NCBI RefSeq assembly: GCF_018977255.1
Contig: NW_024704742.1
Location: 120,034,001 to 120,098,000, forward strand
Direction: 5' to 3'
Length of the DNA stretch: 64,000 nucleotides
Source: Callorhinchus milii
Lineage: Eukaryota
The stretch's first letter is position 1; each line of letters opens with the position of its first letter. This document shows positions 59,332-64,000 of the stretch, piece after piece. A program made the position numbers and the translations under genes. The notes beneath the pieces were generated by a model that had not been told where the DNA came from, searched no databases, and worked only from the letters and a program-made list of their open reading frames with translations.

Positions 59332-62300
59332 CAACAACAACAAGATTTCATTTATAAAGCGCCTTTTGCGTCAGGAGGACATCCCAAGGCGCTGCACAGT
59401 TGGGTCAGGACCCGAGCAGGGGGGGAAATGGTCAGGGTGAGGGGAGGGAAGGGAGGGAGCGAGGAGGGGGGAAATGGTCAGGGTGAGGGGAGGGAAGGGA
59501 GGGAGCGAGGAGGGGGAAGAGAGTCGAGAGGGGAGCTGAAGGCTCGGTCAAAGAGAAAGGTTTTGAGACCGGCCTTGAAGGAGGAGAGGGAGGAAGCAAG
59601 GCGAAGGCACTGGGGGATGGAGTTCCAGAGCCTGGGGCTGAGAGGCTGAAGGCCCGACCACCGATGGTAGGGCGGTTGGGGCGGGGGACGTGGAGCAGAC
59701 CGGAGCCAGAGGAACGGAGGGTACGGGCAGGTAGGTAGGGGGATAGTAGGTTGGAGAGGTAGGAGGGAGCAAGGCCGTGAATGGCCTTGTAGGTGAGGAT
59801 GAGGATCTTGAAATCAATCCTCTGGGGGATGGGGAGCCAGTGGAGGCGAGCGAGGGTGGGAGTGATGTGGTCCCGAAGCCTGGTGCGGGACAGTACACGA
59901 GCTGCAGAGTTCTGAATGACCTGCAGCTTGTGGAGGGAGGTGGCGGGAAGGCCGGCGAGGAGAGAGTTCCCATAGTCCAGCCTTGAGGTGACAAAGGCGT
60001 GGACCAGGGTTTCAGCAGCGTGAGGGGTGAGGTAGTGCCGTAGTCTGGCGATGTTCCGGAGGTGATGGAAGGCGGTGCCAGTTGTGGTGCGGATGTGAGG
60101 GAGAAAGGACAGCTCAGGGTCGAACAAAACGCCGAGGTTCCTGACTGGCTTTGAGAGGTGGAGAGTGCAGCCTTGGATGCTGATGGTGTCAGCGCCTGAG
60201 GTGCGGAGGCGCTGACGTGAGCCAATCAGGAGGGCCTCGGTTTTTCGCACGTTGAGCTGAAGAAAGTTGTCTCTCGTCCAGGACTCGATGTCGGACAGGC
60301 AGCTGTCAGGACATCGGTGGTCGTGGAGTTGAGAGTAGAGGAGGAAAGGTAGAGTTGGGTGTCATCCGCATACATGTGGAAGTTAACTCCATGTCTGCGG
60401 ATGATGTCACCAAGGGGGAGCATATAGAGGGTGAAGAGGAGGGGACCGAGGACAGAGCCCTGAGGGACACCACATGAGACAGTACGGGGGGTGGAGGAGA
60501 AGCCATTCGTCGAGACAAAGTGAAGACGGTGAGAAAGGTACGACCTAAACCATTCAAGGACAGTGCCTTGAAGGTTGAGGTGGGAGGACAAGCGGTGGAG
60601 TAGGATAGCGTGGTCGACCGTATCGAATGCTGCCGATAGGTCGAGGAGGACGAGGAGACAGAGGGAGCCCTGGTCACAGATGGTCAGGATATCATTGGTG
60701 ACCTTGACCAGGGCAGTTTCTGTGCTATGGGCAGCACGGAAACCTGACTGAAGGGGTTCGAAAAGAGAATGGGTGGAAAGGAAAGAGCGCAGTTGGGAGG
60801 CGACAACTCTTTCCAAGACCTTGGAGAGAAAGGGGAGGTTGGAGATGGGCCGGTAGCTTGATAGCTGCGACGCATCAAGGGAGGGTTTTTTCAGGGTGGG
60901 CGTGATGGTGGCAGTTTTTAATGGAATGGGGACAGAGCCAGAGGAGAGGGACAGGTTGATGATGTCAGTGATATGTGGGGCAAGAAAGTGGAGCTGGGAG
61001 ATAAGGAGTGGAGTGGGGATGGGGTCAAGGGAGCAGGTGGTTGGTTTTAGGGATAGGATGAGTTCAGTGACAGAGGGTGGGGAAACGGGTACGAAGGTGT
61101 GTAGGGGAGGATGGGTAGGAGTCGGAGTGTGGGAGGGAAGGGGTGGGTGGTGGGTGGAAGTTGGAGGGGAAGTGACCGCGGAGCGGATTCCCTTGATCTT
61201 GGATTCAAGGAAATCCAGCATCTCCTCGCAGTGAAGGTTGGAGGAGATGACCTGCGCGGGGTGGCGGGGGGGACGGAGGAGTCGGGTTGTGGTGGAAAAC
61301 AGTAGCCTGGGGTTGTTCTTCGCCTCCAGGATTATCCTGGAGTAGAAGGACGACTTGGCCGAGGCTAGAGTGGAGCGGTAAATTTTGAGGAGGTCCAGCC
61401 AGATTTGTCGGTGGACCGTTAGGCCAGATTTGACACAGGTGCGTTCAGCAGCCCGCACCTGGCTTTTCAGTGAGCGGAGGTGGGTGGTGTACCAGGGGGA
61501 GGAGCGGGAGTAGGAGACAGTGCGGGAAGTGATGGGGGCAAGAGTATCGAGTGTGGAGGAGAGGGTATTGTGGAGGAGGGAGAGAGGAGAAGAGGGGTCG
61601 GTGAGGGTTGAAGGCCAGAGGGAGAGGAGTTCAGAGGACTCCAAGGCATCGGTTAGGGATTGTGGGGGTAACTTCTTCCAAGGGCGGTAGAAGATGGTGG
61701 TGGGTCTGGTGGAGGTGGGGAGGGGGGTGGAGGTGGTGAAGGAGATGAAGTGGTGGTCAGAGATGGCCTTGTCGGTAATAGTGACATCCGAGACACTGAG
61801 GCCCCGGGTGATCACCAAATCGAGTGGGTGGCCGTGACTGTGAGTGGGGGAGTTTATGTGTAAGGAGAGGTTGAGTGAGGAGAGCAGGGAAGAGAAGTCT
61901 GTGGAGATGGAGCAGGAGGGGGTGAAGTGTAGGTTAAAGTCGCCCAGGATGATGAGGCGATCAGAGCAGAGGCAAAGAGATGTGAGGAGTGTTGAAATGT
62001 CAGAGATGAAGGTGGGAGAGGTTTTAGGGGGCCGGTAGAGGAGGAGGATTTTAAGGGAGAGGAATGAGGGGTGGGAGAGGGTGAGGTGCTCAAAGGAGGG
62101 GAAAGAGCCAGTGGAGTAAGGGGATAGGGCAAGTGGTGTCCTTGAGATAAGGGCAACACCACCGCCACGGCGGTTGGGGCGGGGGATGTGGTGGGAGGTG
62201 TAGCCGGGTGGTGTGGCCTCCGTGAGGGGGTAGGTGTCGCCTGGGGTGAGCCAGGTTTCTGTTAAGGCCATGATGTCAACGTTCTCATCAAGGATGAGAT

Positions 62301-62888
62301 CGTTGATGACCAGGGCCTTGTTGCAGACGGAGCGGACGTTTTGCAGTCCGATGTGGAGGGAGCGGTTGACAGAAGGGTGTGTGGGAGGGGAGGGGTGTCC
62401 AGGTTGTGAAGCTGGGGCGGGGGGCGATGGGGATAAGGGAGGAGAGGTTGGCTCCCCTGGTTGTGGGAGGGTCAAGTGGGTATAGAAGGCGAGGCGGACA
62501 TAGCAGGAGAGATGCAGAGGGGCGAGGGTTTAGGGGGAGGGAGGAGTTGGGAGAGAAGGAGTTGACTCGGGTCAGAACGGCAGCCATAACGCGCACGCGG
62601 GGACCGGGAGCGAGCGGTCAGATGGATGACATTAGCCCATAGGTTGGGGCTGGGGCAGCCAACCCAGCAGGAACATGGTGTTCCCTGATGCGAGCCCTAG
62701 GGTGGGCGCAGAGGATTTTTTTTTTTTGCTTGCACACTCCTGAATCTAAACTATGACGTCAGCGGTTCCCCCGCTCCACCCTTCCCCCCCATCCCCCACC
62801 CCGAGCTGTACTCCCTGCCGCCTCGAGCTTTATGCTACCTGAAGGCAGGCCCAGCCTCCTCCCCGCGTTCTCCTGCCACCGCCTCCCG
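59332..62888 (-). mobile_element. L2 family A, full length, best-preserved copy (single-ORF type)
   Basis: 749-aa ORF 60226-62475 (endonuclease to YADD) and ORF 59432-60250. Tail, stem-loop and 5' UTR are present. No ORF1. Confidence 0.96.
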
Positions 62889-63299
62889 AGGAAAGCAGAA
62901 ATAGGAGACAGGGAGGATGGAGATAGAGCAGGACAGAGCGGGGGAGTTGCATGAAGGGGGACATTTTGAGGGAGGGCCAGCTCGGGTTGGGTGGCTGCAG
63001 CCAAGATGCACACGCTGGGACGAGAAGCGGCGGGTTAATGGGACATTGTCAGCCTGCAGGAGGCTTTGGGGACTAGAGGTGGCGCAGAGTGGGGAGGCCA
63101 CTCATTGTAGGTAGTTGTTGGTCTTTTGGGTGTGACGTCACGATGATGTTACTTGTGATTTTTCTACTGATGCCCCGCTGTGCCTCGGCTCCTCCCCGCG
63201 CTGCCCCCACCCCGAATCAACGACTGCTTACCTCGATCGGGCTTTAAACACTTGGTTAGGCCTCGGCTCCTCCCTGCACTGTCCCCGCTCCTCCCTCCG

Positions 63300-63915
63300 A
63301 ATAACCTTCTAGCATAACCTTCTGTTCCTTTCTCCCGCATGTACCTACCTAGTTTTCCCATAAATACATTCCACATTCCCACTATTCTCTGTGTGAAGAC
63401 ATTTCTTCTAACTTCCCTATTTGATCTATTTGTGACTATTTTATATTGATGGCCTCTGGTTTTGGTCTCCTGCACAAGTGGAAACATCTTCCTGTGGAAA
63501 CGTCTATCATCAGGTCACCTCTTACCCTCTTTTCAGAAGAAGAGTCCAAGTATGTTCAGCCGTTCCTGATAGGTATAACCTCTCAGTTCTGGGATCATTC
63601 TTGTGAATCTCCTTTGCACCCTCTCCAGTGCCTCCACATCCCCATCTATAATGTGGGGACCAGAACTGCACACAGTATTCTAAGTGTGGTCTAACCAAGG
63701 TTCTAGAGAGGTTTACCATAACTTCCCTGCTTTTCATTTCTATCCCTCTAGAAATGAACCCCAATGCCTGGTTTGCTTCTTTTATGGCCTTATTAACCTG
63801 GGTTGCTACTTTTAGCAACCCAGGTTAATAAGGCCATAAAAGGACCTTTTACAAGGTCCCTTTGCTTCTCTACCCATTTCGATTTTTATTTTCCAGAATG
63901 TATGTGACTATTTTC
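63300..63915 (-). mobile_element. CR1 ORF2 3' fragments
   Basis: TRGHQYKI...NVFTQRIVGMWN; LVRPHLEYCVQFWSPHY. Confidence 0.88.
63781..63840. repeat. Perfect inverted repeat with 28-bp arms and a 4-nt loop
   Basis: tttatggccttattaacctgggttgcta-cttt-tagcaacccaggttaataaggccataaa. Confidence 0.97.
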
Positions 63916-64000
63916 CAGGATGTATATCACAACAACAAGCCCGTATGTTTGGCTTCATCATGCGTTCACTAGTTTGCTGGCCTTTTCTCATCTACAACTC

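Noticed and set aside
60226..62475. Prokaryotic RT system (retron, group II intron, DGR)
   Set aside because: An APE endonuclease plus a non-LTR RT with an L2 3' tail identifies it as a eukaryotic LINE.
3248..62642. Many Gly/Arg/Glu-rich plus-strand ORFs and Ser/Pro-rich alternative-frame ORFs
   Set aside because: They are shadow ORFs of the C-rich L2 coding strand and recur at the same position in each copy.
63925..63965. Hammerhead ribozyme (minus TGATGA followed by a short stem)
   Set aside because: No CUGAUGA/GAAA core pair could be completed by eye; a covariance-model search would be needed.

Overview
This is eukaryotic DNA made almost entirely of nested, decayed transposable elements. 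I could find no host gene. The repeat families (single-ORF L2 LINE with a (TTG)n tail, a Deu-domain tRNA-SINE sharing the L2 3' stem-loop, CR1, Penelope-like elements) suggest a cartilaginous fish, possibly a chimaera; this is inference. Contents: about 8 copies of one L2 family plus a second L2 family, CR1 fragments, Penelope-like (PLE) fragments (some with an SGNH-like ORF), a hAT transposase remnant, three epsilon-like ERV proviruses (a tRNA-Gln PBS survives in two), several solo LTRs, and a lokiretrovirus-like gag-pol with a tRNA-Ser PBS plus a fusion-protein-type env fragment. The most striking property is orientation. Every protein-coding TE fragment I could orient, from at least 6 unrelated groups, lies on the minus strand; only three short non-coding SINE/LINE pieces lie on plus. 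This is the architecture of a flamenco-like uni-strand piRNA cluster (TE trap) that would be transcribed on the plus strand. Element boundaries were read by eye and are approximate unless a TSD or terminus is quoted.
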